From the NCBI GenBank assembly GCA_965215265.1, contig OZ244048.1, positions 736,001 through 800,000 on the forward strand: DNA of 64,000 nucleotides. The letters run 5' to 3'. Below, piece by piece: positions 49,923 to 59,685 of the stretch. The notes under the pieces were generated by a model. It did not search any database. It was given only the letters and a program-made list of their open reading frames with translations, and was not told where the DNA came from. Position numbers and translations under genes: made by a program. The stretch's first letter is position 1; each line of letters begins with the position of its first letter. The DNA comes from Candidatus Poribacteria bacterium (GTDB lineage Bacteria > Poribacteria > WGA-4E > WGA-3G).

Positions 49923-50711
49923 ATGGCTCACTTACGCTACCTACAAATTGCTCAGGATATCCTCAAACAGATTGAGGCGACGCAAACCGATGCAATCGAT
50001 AGAGTCGCTGCGATGTGCTCTGCATCAATCGGTGAAGGCGGACTCGTCTATCTGTTCGGCTCTGGGCACTCCCGTATGGCAGTTGAAGAAATTTTCCCAC
50101 GCTACGGCAGTTACGCAGGTTTTTATCCAATTGTCGAACTTGCTGTGACTTACCATAACCAAGTTGTCGGTTGTAATGGCCAACGGCAGGCCCTCTTTTT
50201 AGAAAATGTCTCCGGATACGCAGAGGTAATCTTGCGAAACTTTACGTTCCGTTCTACAGATTGCATGATTGTCTTTTCCAACTCCGGCACGAATATCTTA
50301 CCCGTTGAAATGGCAATAGAGGCGAAAGAGAAAAACCTTCCTGTCATCGCCGTGACTTCTGTGGCACACAGTCAGGCATCCCGAGCAAAACATACCTCAG
50401 GTAAACGGCTATTTGAAGTTGCTGATGTGACGATTAACAACTGCAATCCGCCCGGCGATGCGGTGGTAGAAATCCCGCATCTCGCGCATCCGGTCGGACC
50501 TACCTCAAGTATCGGCACCCTGGCAATTGCGAACGCGATTAAATGCAGAACAGCACAACTGCTAACAGAAGGCGGAAAACCACCTGTGGTGCTCACCGGT
50601 TCCTATTTCCTTGGGCCCGAAGAATCAGCAAAGCAAATTGAAAGAGCTTATGACGATTACAGCCAACGCGTATCAAGTGCGAAAATGGGTTCGCACCTTA
50701 AGGACTCTTGA
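49923..50711 (+). CDS. SIS domain sugar isomerase-like protein
   Basis: FGSGHS, FSNSG.N, VIAVTS, KRLFEVADV. Confidence 0.88.
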   Translation: MAHLRYLQIAQDILKQIEATQTDAIDRVAAMCSASIGEGGLVYLFGSGHSRMAVEEIFPRYGSYAGFYPIVELAVTYHNQVVGCNGQRQALFLENVSGYAEVILRNFTFRSTDCMIVFSNSGTNILPVEMAIEAKEKNLPVIAVTSVAHSQASRAKHTSGKRLFEVADVTINNCNPPGDAVVEIPHLAHPVGPTSSIGTLAIANAIKCRTAQLLTEGGKPPVVLTGSYFLGPEESAKQIERAYDDYSQRVSSAKMGSHLKDS

Positions 50712-50714
50712 AGA

Positions 50715-51788
50715 TCATTGCGTTAACCGTTGAAATTCAGCCAAATAAGCATCTGCTAACTCGCGATTCTCTTTGATAATCAGAAGATTTTCGCTGTTGC
50801 GCGTTTCAGCGTTACGTGAGAAGTTATACGAACCGGTAATCACCGTCTTTTCATCAATAACGATGACCTTGTGGTGCATAGTCGCCCTGTTTTTATCCTG
50901 AATTACGGGCATTCCCTCAGCCTTCATCGGGGCGTATTCGGAATGCTGATCGATTTGTCGCTTTTCAAACACGCCTTGCACCGCGACACCCGATTTAAAA
51001 CGGTCACGCATCGCTTTACCCAGTGCATTGTGCGTAAATGAAAACGCCATGAAATGGATGGACTGTTTAGAAGATCGAATTTCACTTAATAGCGGCGATA
51101 TCGTGTCGTTCCCTGGGGCGAAATAGGTAGAAATTTGTGTGCCATCGCTTAAGGTTAGCCGCGGATATGGAACAGCGGAATCTGACTGCTTGCCGAATCG
51201 GCGAATGAGAAACATCTCCCGAAATTTTTGCGTGAAGTTATAGGCAAGGGATGGTGAGTCAATCCATAAGACGTTATTATTGTTCTTGTAAGCCCCGTTA
51301 TAAGTCGGGTTATAAGAACCTGTCCAGACGTACCGTTCGTCAATTACCACAAATTTGTGATGCATCAATCCTTCGTGTCCGGCATCGTCAGCCACAGCAA
51401 TACCTACCTCTTGTAAACGTCTAATCTGTGATCCCTCTACATAATCGGTTTCGGTGACAATTCGTACCAGCGTCCCGCGTTCATGCGCTTCAATGAGAGC
51501 ATCCGCTACCGGTGCGGAATTTAGCATATAGAGGGCCGCATCAATCCGCTCATCCGCTGTAGCAAGTTTGGCTACGAGCCGGCTTTCAAGCGAGCCGGGT
51601 GCAGTTTTCTTCAGCGGCCCGGCATAGACATCGCTGAAGTAAACCTCCCATGGTTCACCGGCTACGCTTCGCGGTTGTCCATTGTAATAATTGAAAAGGA
51701 TACCGAGTGCAATCGCACCAAATAAAATGAAAAGGAACGATATAAATTTGCCGTTTCCACTTTTCACTTGCGCGCTATTTCCATTCAC
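50715..51788 (-). CDS. Phospholipase D family protein with two HKD motifs
   Basis: MHHKFVVID...TGSYN and MHHKVIVID...TGSYN; N-terminal TM helix. Confidence 0.92.
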   Translation of the reverse strand: MNGNSAQVKSGNGKFISFLFILFGAIALGILFNYYNGQPRSVAGEPWEVYFSDVYAGPLKKTAPGSLESRLVAKLATADERIDAALYMLNSAPVADALIEAHERGTLVRIVTETDYVEGSQIRRLQEVGIAVADDAGHEGLMHHKFVVIDERYVWTGSYNPTYNGAYKNNNNVLWIDSPSLAYNFTQKFREMFLIRRFGKQSDSAVPYPRLTLSDGTQISTYFAPGNDTISPLLSEIRSSKQSIHFMAFSFTHNALGKAMRDRFKSGVAVQGVFEKRQIDQHSEYAPMKAEGMPVIQDKNRATMHHKVIVIDEKTVITGSYNFSRNAETRNSENLLIIKENRELADAYLAEFQRLTQ

Positions 51789-51829
51789 TATATTTCCCCT
51801 TCATAGATAGCCCAAATTCATTAAAAAAT

Positions 51830-52720
51830 CTAAACACCCCACCTTTTTCGAGAAACCGCCAAAGGCTCAATTTGGGCATCGTGCTGCTTCCATGCGTAAT
51901 GCCCTTTCGGATTTTCACCTACCCAACGTTCATCCGCAGGTTCTTCAGCAAGTTGGTAACGCGTATCGGCAGTAATGCGAATTTTGTTTGAAGTATTACG
52001 CAGTGAGGCGTGCATGAGGAACATACTAAAGATAACGACATCCCCCATCTCAAATGTGGTAGTTGCCCAATTGCCCCCAAATTTTTCAACGATTTCAATC
52101 GGATTATCGCTGAAATGCCCCTCTATTAACTCTGTGTCAACATCTGCCGTGCCATACGTCTCTCTAACCTTCTCAAATCTATTAGATTCCAAGCAGAAGA
52201 CGATCGGTCCCATATCCGGCGATACATCACCAAACGGAGTCCAGCAGGAGTAAAGGTTTTGCGTGCCTCTCCCCATAAAGACGATATCGTAATGAATCGG
52301 AGAACCGCATCCAGGGCCCGCAGTGCGGAGCCACTTAAAATCAAATGTGAGCGCATCGCCCCCGAGGAATTGCTTAAAAAAGTTCATTATCGACGTGCCC
52401 TCAACTACTGCTTTGAAAGCCGGTAACTGAGTCAATTCTTGGTTTCCCATCGCCCCCGTTGAGGTCGGTTCCGCGTAATCAGGGTTAAAGATACCATCCA
52501 TCAAAGGTGTATTCGGCGCGCGCATCCCTTTCGCCTCTAATTTCTCCAGAATCTGTCGCCGAGCGGTAAGAACTGCCTGACGTTCATGGAGCCCGCGGAT
52601 CAGCAGATATCCGTCTTCGCTTATCCGCTCCTGAAGAGCCTGCGGGTTATTGAGGATGTCGTTGCTTTCACGTAAGTCGGTAGAAACTTCGGTTTCGTAA
52701 TGTAAAAAGGGGAGCCTCAT
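51830..52720 (-). CDS. PhyH family dioxygenase
   Basis: EDGYLLIRG, HYDIVFMGRG, MHAS, DTRYQ. Confidence 0.88.
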   Translation of the reverse strand: MRLPFLHYETEVSTDLRESNDILNNPQALQERISEDGYLLIRGLHERQAVLTARRQILEKLEAKGMRAPNTPLMDGIFNPDYAEPTSTGAMGNQELTQLPAFKAVVEGTSIMNFFKQFLGGDALTFDFKWLRTAGPGCGSPIHYDIVFMGRGTQNLYSCWTPFGDVSPDMGPIVFCLESNRFEKVRETYGTADVDTELIEGHFSDNPIEIVEKFGGNWATTTFEMGDVVIFSMFLMHASLRNTSNKIRITADTRYQLAEEPADERWVGENPKGHYAWKQHDAQIEPLAVSRKRWGV

Positions 52721-52923
52721 ATTTTTGTCGTCCTCTATAGGAAGCGTTCAGGATTATCTTGTAAGCACACGTATATTCGCAGTTTCGCTTGCCTCGATGG
52801 GTGAACTGCCATCTCTATAAACATATTTTTGCCGTTTCCTACCGGGTGTGGGCAGGCATTCTAGGTAAACAGAGTTGTTATGTCAATGCTACTCAGCTCG
52901 ACGGGCGAGTAACGTTCCTTTTT

Positions 52924-54948
52924 TTAGTCTGAATTCAAACTCGGTGGCAACGTCTTCAGCCATGCGAGGTTAAACCGATAGTGTTGTCGGCTACTAATCA
53001 GATGAATTATACCGTTTTTACCTTGGCAGCCTGCGAGATAGCCCCCGGGCTCAGCACTGCTAATATCCATCGTAAAAGGTCGCCCATCCATCGTTTCGAT
53101 TTCGTGCCCAGCACTATCATCACTTATCAGGCGAACGTGTGTCCAAGTGTCCCCATCATCGTAGGAGAGTGCCCCAAATAGGCCCGTGACCGGACGTTCC
53201 TGACCAGAGGCATCCATAATCGGCATCGCTGCCGGATCTTGCCGTTCCCCAGTAAAAGATGCAAGAAATATCGGTCCCTCCTTGAGTCTGAGTAGCACGC
53301 AACGTTGACCACCCGAAAGGGGTGGAAACGACCCGGCACTATAAGACCAAGTTCTGCCTCCATCTGTAGAAATGCTTTTAGGCATCTGCCCGTTAATTGT
53401 ATCGCCACGCCCATAAGCCATGAGTCTACCATCTGTGAGCTCAACGACAGCGGCGTGAATCCCGGCGATCCATCCACCGGATTTTCCATCCGCGAACTCA
53501 GGGATAGGTTGAGCTGCTCCAGGGTCGTGCCAAGTTTCTCCGTCGTCCTCACTGAGCCAGATTGCGGTTCCACCGTTGCCTCCACTCACTGCATCGCAGG
53601 CAAGGAGTATAGAGCCGTCTTGCCGGCGGAAAACAGACGTAATGGGCATCTGTCGGAGTTGATGCTCCGGCGAGATAAACTGGGGACGCGTCCACGTCGC
53701 ACCATTATCATCGGAATAACGCATGACTAATGCCAAGGGGCCCCATGTCGCAGCGGCGGAGAGCCCGTTGAAGTGATAAATTCGCCCGTTCTCATTGCAC
53801 CAGAGGGCAGTGGCGTGATTATTTCTATCCGGTGCTCCCCAGAAAGGTTTCGCCGCTTCCCATTCGTTTTGTCCGTAACGCAATCGACTCGCCGCCACGG
53901 TTAATTCTCGACCGCGTTCAGTCACGCACGAGTACCATGCAGCGAAAAGGTCTCCGTTTAGGCACTCAACAATTGACGGAACATGGTTATGTGCTGAAAA
54001 CAGCGGCCCGTTTGAACCTTCCTGAATCTTTACATAAGGGATTGGATGTGCAAAATAAGGAGTATCAATAGCAGGCGATGTCGTAGCTGCTTGTTTTACT
54101 GTGCGCCCCCATAACGCCACTTTCGGGACTGGCAGCGGCCGAGTATCAGGCAGGGCAGCGCAAACGACACGGAACCCGATGTACCAGTGTTTATCTTCAG
54201 GCACAGCACCCATCCGATTGGCAGAGCGCAAATAACAGAGCAAAGTTGAATGACTGCCCCCACGTGTCACACGGTAGAGCCCATCTGCTCTGCCAACCGG
54301 GTCTTCCTGCAGATACGGTTCGTACGGGCCATACCAATCGTGGCACCACTCTTCTACATTGCCGTGCATATCGTATAACCCCCAGGCATTCGGTGGAGTT
54401 TGCCCAACATGTAGGGGCACCACCTCTTTTACGCCACGGCTCCGTCCTGCATCAGGGTACCAACTCTCTCCTACATTCTTATGAAAGATATCAGGGAGTG
54501 TGTCTCCGGTATGAAAATGCGTCGTTGTGCCTGCGCGACATGCGTATTCCCATTCAGCTTCGGTTGGCAGCCGATACGGGATGCCTTCGCGTTCGGAGAG
54601 CCATTCACAGAAGCGAGCAGCATCGTGCCAACTCACGAAAACAACTGCCTCACTGTCTGCCACTGAAAAATTAAGCTTCCCGCGCAGGCAGCGATGGTCT
54701 GACTCGAATTCTTCATACTGTGCATTCGTTACCTGAAAAGCTCCCATGTAGAACGGCGTGCTGAGCGTTACCTCATGCACCGGACGTTCGTCCCAGTCGC
54801 CTTCACGCAAGTACGCCTTACCCGCTGTCAATTCATCCGATAGTTGGACATCATCCGAACCCATTAGAAAGTTACCGGGTTCAATTCTAACCAACTGCAT
54901 CCCGAGTGAATTGGTATGGTGAGCACCTTTGATTGGAAGTTTTTGCAT
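52924..54948 (-). CDS. SUMF1/FGE-sulfatase domain fused to a BNR/sialidase-like beta-propeller
   Basis: RLPTEAEWEYACRAG, GLYDMHGNV.EW, GFRV; four Asp-boxes (SDDNGATW, SEDDGETW, STDGGRTW, SYDDGDTW). Confidence 0.88.
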   Translation of the reverse strand: MQKLPIKGAHHTNSLGMQLVRIEPGNFLMGSDDVQLSDELTAGKAYLREGDWDERPVHEVTLSTPFYMGAFQVTNAQYEEFESDHRCLRGKLNFSVADSEAVVFVSWHDAARFCEWLSEREGIPYRLPTEAEWEYACRAGTTTHFHTGDTLPDIFHKNVGESWYPDAGRSRGVKEVVPLHVGQTPPNAWGLYDMHGNVEEWCHDWYGPYEPYLQEDPVGRADGLYRVTRGGSHSTLLCYLRSANRMGAVPEDKHWYIGFRVVCAALPDTRPLPVPKVALWGRTVKQAATTSPAIDTPYFAHPIPYVKIQEGSNGPLFSAHNHVPSIVECLNGDLFAAWYSCVTERGRELTVAASRLRYGQNEWEAAKPFWGAPDRNNHATALWCNENGRIYHFNGLSAAATWGPLALVMRYSDDNGATWTRPQFISPEHQLRQMPITSVFRRQDGSILLACDAVSGGNGGTAIWLSEDDGETWHDPGAAQPIPEFADGKSGGWIAGIHAAVVELTDGRLMAYGRGDTINGQMPKSISTDGGRTWSYSAGSFPPLSGGQRCVLLRLKEGPIFLASFTGERQDPAAMPIMDASGQERPVTGLFGALSYDDGDTWTHVRLISDDSAGHEIETMDGRPFTMDISSAEPGGYLAGCQGKNGIIHLISSRQHYRFNLAWLKTLPPSLNSD

Positions 54949-55239
54949 AGCCTAACCTATTTTTTGTCTATTGGAGTACCATAAAGGCGGCTGCTTTGAT
55001 AACACCTATACAAATCTCGCCAGAGCCGCTTTAGGCAGTGTTAATCACTTTTTCAGAATTGATGCTATTATACCAATTAACGCTGCATTTGTCAAAAAAT
55101 TGTCGGTTACTAGCAATTTGGGATGCTACTAGGGAAATTGTGCTGCTATAACTAGGGAAAATTTGCCTCTTGTGAACGAATTTACCACATCGATAATTGA
55201 ATTGACTGAAACTTTTTTTCACAGTGGCATTTGCCAAAT

Positions 55240-55254
55240 TGGCACAGAAATTGC
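55240..55254 (+). promoter_or_regulatory. sigma-54 -24/-12 promoter (distal)
   Basis: TGGCAC-AGAAA-TTGC, exact consensus spacing. Confidence 0.75.
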
Positions 55255-55400
55255 CAAGATAGTTGAAGAAACCAATTGCTATCAATGATAACAAGAGCAG
55301 GCACTTAACGCTACCCAGTAAAAAATTCCCTTCTGCCCCTGAAATTAGGGAAAAGGGTGCTAATGAACGAGGTGAGGGAAGGGTTCTCCTTTTTCTAAAT

Positions 55401-55416
55401 TGGCATAGAAATTGCT
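55401..55416 (+). promoter_or_regulatory. sigma-54 -24/-12 promoter (proximal)
   Basis: TGGCAT-AGAAA-TTGCT, about 80 nt before the ftsZ-like ATG. Confidence 0.8.
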
Positions 55417-55494
55417 ACTGTTACTGAGCGGACTAAACAATAGGAGGATAAAGTTGCATCACGTTTGTAAACGAAAACTAAAAGGAGTGAAAAC

Positions 55495-56421
55495 ATGCGA
55501 ACCAGAATGAAGGCCATCGGTGTAGGAAGCACGGGTGGAAACGCAGTCAAATACATGGCTCAAGCCGGATTAACAGGCGTTGATTTTTACGCGGTTGACA
55601 CACATGCACAATCCTTAGAGGCTTGCCTCAGTGTCACACGAATCCAGATTGGAATTAACACTACTAATGGGTTTAGTGCCGGTAATAATCCTGCGGTAGG
55701 CCGACAAGCGGCTGAAGAAAGTCGGGAACGGCTTGAAACCGTTGTCTCGGACGCAGATTTGATTTTCGTTATCGCCTATATAGGCGGAGGTACTGGGACT
55801 GGCGCAGCACCTGTGATTGCAACCTTGGCTCAAGCACGTGGGGCAGCCTTTACGATTGGTGTGGTAACGCTTCCTTTCAAATTTGAAGGAGAACAGCAAA
55901 TTGAACAAGCCGAAAAAGGATTGCAAAACCTCCTCGAGGTAGCCGATTCAGTCATCGTTGTACCGAACCAACAATTGATTATGGAGGGTAACCTATCAAG
56001 GCGAGAGGCATTCGGACGCAGCAACGAGATATTACGTCGGGGTGTTCAGTGTATCGCTGATATAATTGTAGACTCAGGAGAAATTAATGTCAATTTTGCC
56101 GATGTCAAATATATCATGCAGGTCCCTGGAAGCGCAATCATAGGGGTAGCCAGTGCAACCGGCAAAAACCGCGCGAAAATCGCAGCAGAATCTGCCGTTT
56201 CTTCACTATCCCTCGACGGGACGAATCTTGCAAGTGCATCTGGGCTGATAGTACGCATTGAGGCTCCGCCGGATTTCATAATGTCCGAGTTGGATCAGAC
56301 AATGCAGATTATTCAAAAAACATCAGCAGATGCTCAGATTATCTTTGGACTGTGCTACAGAGATGAATTGGAAATTGGGGATGAGGTTCACATGACTATT
56401 ATTGCAACCGGTTTGATGTAA
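55495..56421 (+). CDS. ftsZ: Divergent FtsZ paralog (GTPase core only)
   Basis: GGGTGTG tubulin signature, PFKFEG, INVNFADV, IIFG, ends IIATGLM; no linker or C-terminal peptide; not in a dcw cluster. Confidence 0.85.
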   Translation: MRTRMKAIGVGSTGGNAVKYMAQAGLTGVDFYAVDTHAQSLEACLSVTRIQIGINTTNGFSAGNNPAVGRQAAEESRERLETVVSDADLIFVIAYIGGGTGTGAAPVIATLAQARGAAFTIGVVTLPFKFEGEQQIEQAEKGLQNLLEVADSVIVVPNQQLIMEGNLSRREAFGRSNEILRRGVQCIADIIVDSGEINVNFADVKYIMQVPGSAIIGVASATGKNRAKIAAESAVSSLSLDGTNLASASGLIVRIEAPPDFIMSELDQTMQIIQKTSADAQIIFGLCYRDELEIGDEVHMTIIATGLM

Positions 56422-56733
56422 CAACCGTAGACTTGCGACAGTGCAATTTAGTTTTAGCTCTTTTCGTGGATTTGCCGAGGAGGTCCCTCTTACAGCAGAG
56501 TCTTGCGATTTAGCGTGCTTTCTTAGGGGTTAACTAAATGGCCTTGGATTCGCGACGCTTGACATATTAAAAAAAACTGTTATCCTATACACCTGAAGGT
56601 GAACGTTACCAAGCGTTAGGGAAACCTCTACCTGTAACGCCAGAATAACGTTGCCCAGACATAGATGCCACCCGTGTTCACTCAGAAGCAGGAGAAATTA
56701 TCAAGCACCGTATAAACCAAAAAGAACCTGAGG

Positions 56734-57867
56734 ATGTTCATGCTAAACCGACCGGACTCAATCAGCAATCAGAAAAGTAGTACTACAAAGAATCCGAGAG
56801 ACTTGTTGCGTGGGAATTACGATGCCATCATTGGTAGTAGTCCGCGGCTCCTTGAGGTTCTCACACAAATTGAACGGTTTACAAAGACACCTTTAGAGGT
56901 AATCATTTCCGGGGAGACAGGAACTGGCAAGGAATTAGCAGCCCGTGCTTTGCACGCAAACAGTATGCGTTCAAAGGAAGCGATGATTGTAGTCAACTGT
57001 GCGGCGATTCCGGATGAACTGTTAGAAAGTCACCTATTCGGCCATGAAGCCGGAGCATTTACCGACGCGAAGCAGCAGCGCATCGGCAAGTTTGAACAAG
57101 CAGACAACGGAACGTTGTTTCTGGACGAAATCGCGGAACTACCGTTGTCACTTCAACCAAAGCTGCTACGGGCTCTTGAAACCGGAGAAATTGAGCGAGT
57201 GGGCGGTACAGCTTCCATTTCGGTAAATGTCCGGATTGTGGCAGCCACCAATCGCGTACTCGACTTAGCTATCAAAGAAGGAGGCTTTCGCAGAGACCTC
57301 TATCATCGATTAGATGGGTGCTCTATCCATCTACCACCTCTGCGCGAACGACTGGAAGACATCCCTGAGTTGGTGGAACACTTTGTGAAAAAGGCTCAAT
57401 TAGAAACGTTTTTTATTCAGCTGCCGCCTCTGCGTGAACGACTCTCAGCCGGAGATACTGGGCAAAAACCTCATTCAAACTCCACAAAACAGGAAGGCAA
57501 GATTGCTTGGCAGACGTTAGAACTCCTTAAAGGTTACGCATGGCCAGGGAATGTCCGAGAACTAAAAAAGGTAATGCTGTATGCGCTCATTCTTGCTGAG
57601 GGGAAAGTCATCTTACCAGCACATTTACCCAAAAAACTTCATTCAGCAGACGGGCAGCTCAGCAACAGTGGAAAAGCCATTGAACCTGTGCAAAAACAAC
57701 AAGCGGTATCTTTTCCGATTGGACTAACGTTGAAAGAGATTGAACAGAGATATATTCAGGAGACTTTAGCACAGATGGATGGAAATCGGACGCGCACAGC
57801 GAAGACTTTGGGCATTAGTCCAAAGACTTTGCGCAGCAAATTAAAAACGTACTCCGGGTCAAGGTAA
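56734..57867 (+). CDS. Sigma-54-dependent enhancer-binding protein without N-terminal sensory domain
   Basis: GETGTGKE, LFGHE.GAFTDA, LFLDEI, WPGNVREL, Fis-type HTH. Confidence 0.93.
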   Translation: MFMLNRPDSISNQKSSTTKNPRDLLRGNYDAIIGSSPRLLEVLTQIERFTKTPLEVIISGETGTGKELAARALHANSMRSKEAMIVVNCAAIPDELLESHLFGHEAGAFTDAKQQRIGKFEQADNGTLFLDEIAELPLSLQPKLLRALETGEIERVGGTASISVNVRIVAATNRVLDLAIKEGGFRRDLYHRLDGCSIHLPPLRERLEDIPELVEHFVKKAQLETFFIQLPPLRERLSAGDTGQKPHSNSTKQEGKIAWQTLELLKGYAWPGNVRELKKVMLYALILAEGKVILPAHLPKKLHSADGQLSNSGKAIEPVQKQQAVSFPIGLTLKEIEQRYIQETLAQMDGNRTRTAKTLGISPKTLRSKLKTYSGSR

Positions 57868-58219
57868 TCACTCACCGCGTTAGAGTAAACCTAAAAATAT
57901 CCGGGCCTTTTCTTTAATTTATGTTAGAATCGTTATCTCATGAGATAAAAAAACAGAACGCAATAGAAATGTTGGTGTTTTCAAAGCATAGATTGTGTAT
58001 GGGTTCCTTGTAGAAAAGCAAAGCCGTCTTGTGTAAAAAGACATTGAGACAGTTTTGCTGCATACGAACCTGGAGCGCTACACGGTACGGGTTCTAGTAA
58101 TATGAGTTCTTGTAGTAGTAGCTGCCACCGGAATTTACGGTGCAAGTATGTGCCATGGAAGTTCCCGCGGGGAGCGTCTTACTGTATCTGCAAGAGCAAC
58201 TAAAAGCGGTGTCGGGGGG

Positions 58220-58657
58220 CTAATTTCCACAAGCGCTGCAACCGCGCCCATCACAATTATTGCAATCATCGTCGTCTGGCGGATCACACGTGTCGCAACC
58301 GGATCCATCACAATCGTAGCAGTTATCCTCTGGACCATCAAGAACATCCCAGAGAGCAACACCTGCACCCACGATACCTGCGCCCGCTGCAATGCCGCCT
58401 GCTAGAGGTACCCATGCAGGTGCTGTGGCGGTAGCGGCTGCAGCACCACCGGCCCAGGCGATACCACCGGCCACAGCTGCTAAGATTCCGGCCCCCGCTG
58501 CAATTTCCTCTCGAGGATCTCCGTCGTCTCCATGGCGATCGCTGCAGATCTCGGGAGTGACGGACACCAAGATACAGAAAGTTACCGTTACCGTCGCGAT
58601 GAAGTTGAGCAACGATACCTTTTTCTTCCACGTTGGATGTATGGATTTGTTAGACAT
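58220..58657 (-). CDS. Secreted small protein: signal peptide, Gly/Ala zipper helices, acidic Cys-rich tail
   Basis: GAGG RBS; ordered architecture; two CxxCDGxGCxxC repeats. Confidence 0.7.
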   Translation of the reverse strand: MSNKSIHPTWKKKVSLLNFIATVTVTFCILVSVTPEICSDRHGDDGDPREEIAAGAGILAAVAGGIAWAGGAAAATATAPAWVPLAGGIAAGAGIVGAGVALWDVLDGPEDNCYDCDGSGCDTCDPPDDDDCNNCDGRGCSACGN

Positions 58658-59015
58658 TTATAGCCTCTTTACTATATTTGTCAATGCGACTTGAGGCTTT
58701 CTCCACAATCGCTTTCCAATGCTGTGACTCAGAATCTACGCACTCTCGCAATGGTTACACTCAGGTTCGGTGATTGCATCTATTATCTTGCCACCAAGAC
58801 TAACGGCCTGCTTGATAAGCTCTATAATAGGTTGTACCAGATTACAACTGTCCCAAGGCATCTGTCGCTATAAACAATGGCATAGTGCTTGACTCGCCCG
58901 TTGAACAGCGAACCAAGGAGTCATTGTTTGCTGTAAAAACATGAAATTCTCCTATCTCATTTCGCAGGAGACGTGCCTCATATTACCACATCTCCTACTT
59001 TAACTTCAATAAATC

Positions 59016-59084
59016 AACGAAAGTGAATATACATTCCCTCTTTTGAATCCAAAACAAGGACAAACCTGAAGCAGCCTGAATCGC
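59016..59084. repeat. Conserved non-coding element, copy A (3' of ECF sigma remnant)
   Basis: 63/69 identical to 63106-63174 without gaps. Confidence 0.9.
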
Positions 59085-59113
59085 GTTTTCGTATAGCTCC
59101 GTACCATCAACGT

Positions 59114-59224
59114 CTAGGTAATGATAGCTCGTGTGTAAATCTCGTCTGAGCCTCTTGATGTTTTGTCTCTAAAATGTTCCTGAACACGTTCACGAATCTT
59201 CCAACAGCGCGACTTCGCCGTGTT
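59114..59224 (-). pseudogene. C-terminal remnant of an ECF sigma factor
   Basis: Hand translation NTAKSRCWKIRERVQEHF vs NTAKSRWRKIRQIVFKHF in 63178-63762; both flanks also homologous. Confidence 0.8.
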
Positions 59225-59685
59225 CACTAAGAGTGATTAAGTTTGTGGCGGGGAATTCCCGTTTTTTTACATGTCGTGCGTTTTTCTCGACATCTATAAA
59301 AAGCACTCAGCAAATGGGGCCTGGGAACCTTGTGTTTTTAGGGTTTAGCAGGTATGGTGCTCTTCTATTTATAAGAAAGGCGATCAGGACGATGTGGCGT
59401 GCGCACCGTGTAAACTTGGCGGCGCATCAGTTTTGTGCATCCGTTTTATCACGGCATGGAGGTCAAGGAATTTCAACCGAGTGCGACATCATCCCGCGAG
59501 ATGACGGCACTCTATCAGTAGCTTAGCAAGGAATCGGAGATCGGCAGGGAAAAGGTAATCGTAGTAGGTGACGAACTATAGATGGCATCCCACCCACCCA
59601 ATTCCTCTGTCCTTCAGGACAGAGAAAGAATACCTTATCCTGCTACAAAGCGTGTGCTTCAGGACACGCCTTTTTATACCGAGTC

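Noticed and set aside
54170-54280. Second FGE domain as a DGR target
   Set aside because: The segment is internal to a fusion protein and has no adjacent hairpin or clear NNY bias
58135-58694. Alternative-frame ORFs overlapping the Gly-zipper peptide
   Set aside because: Shadows of a GC-rich low-complexity coding region; only 58220-58657 has an RBS and coherent architecture
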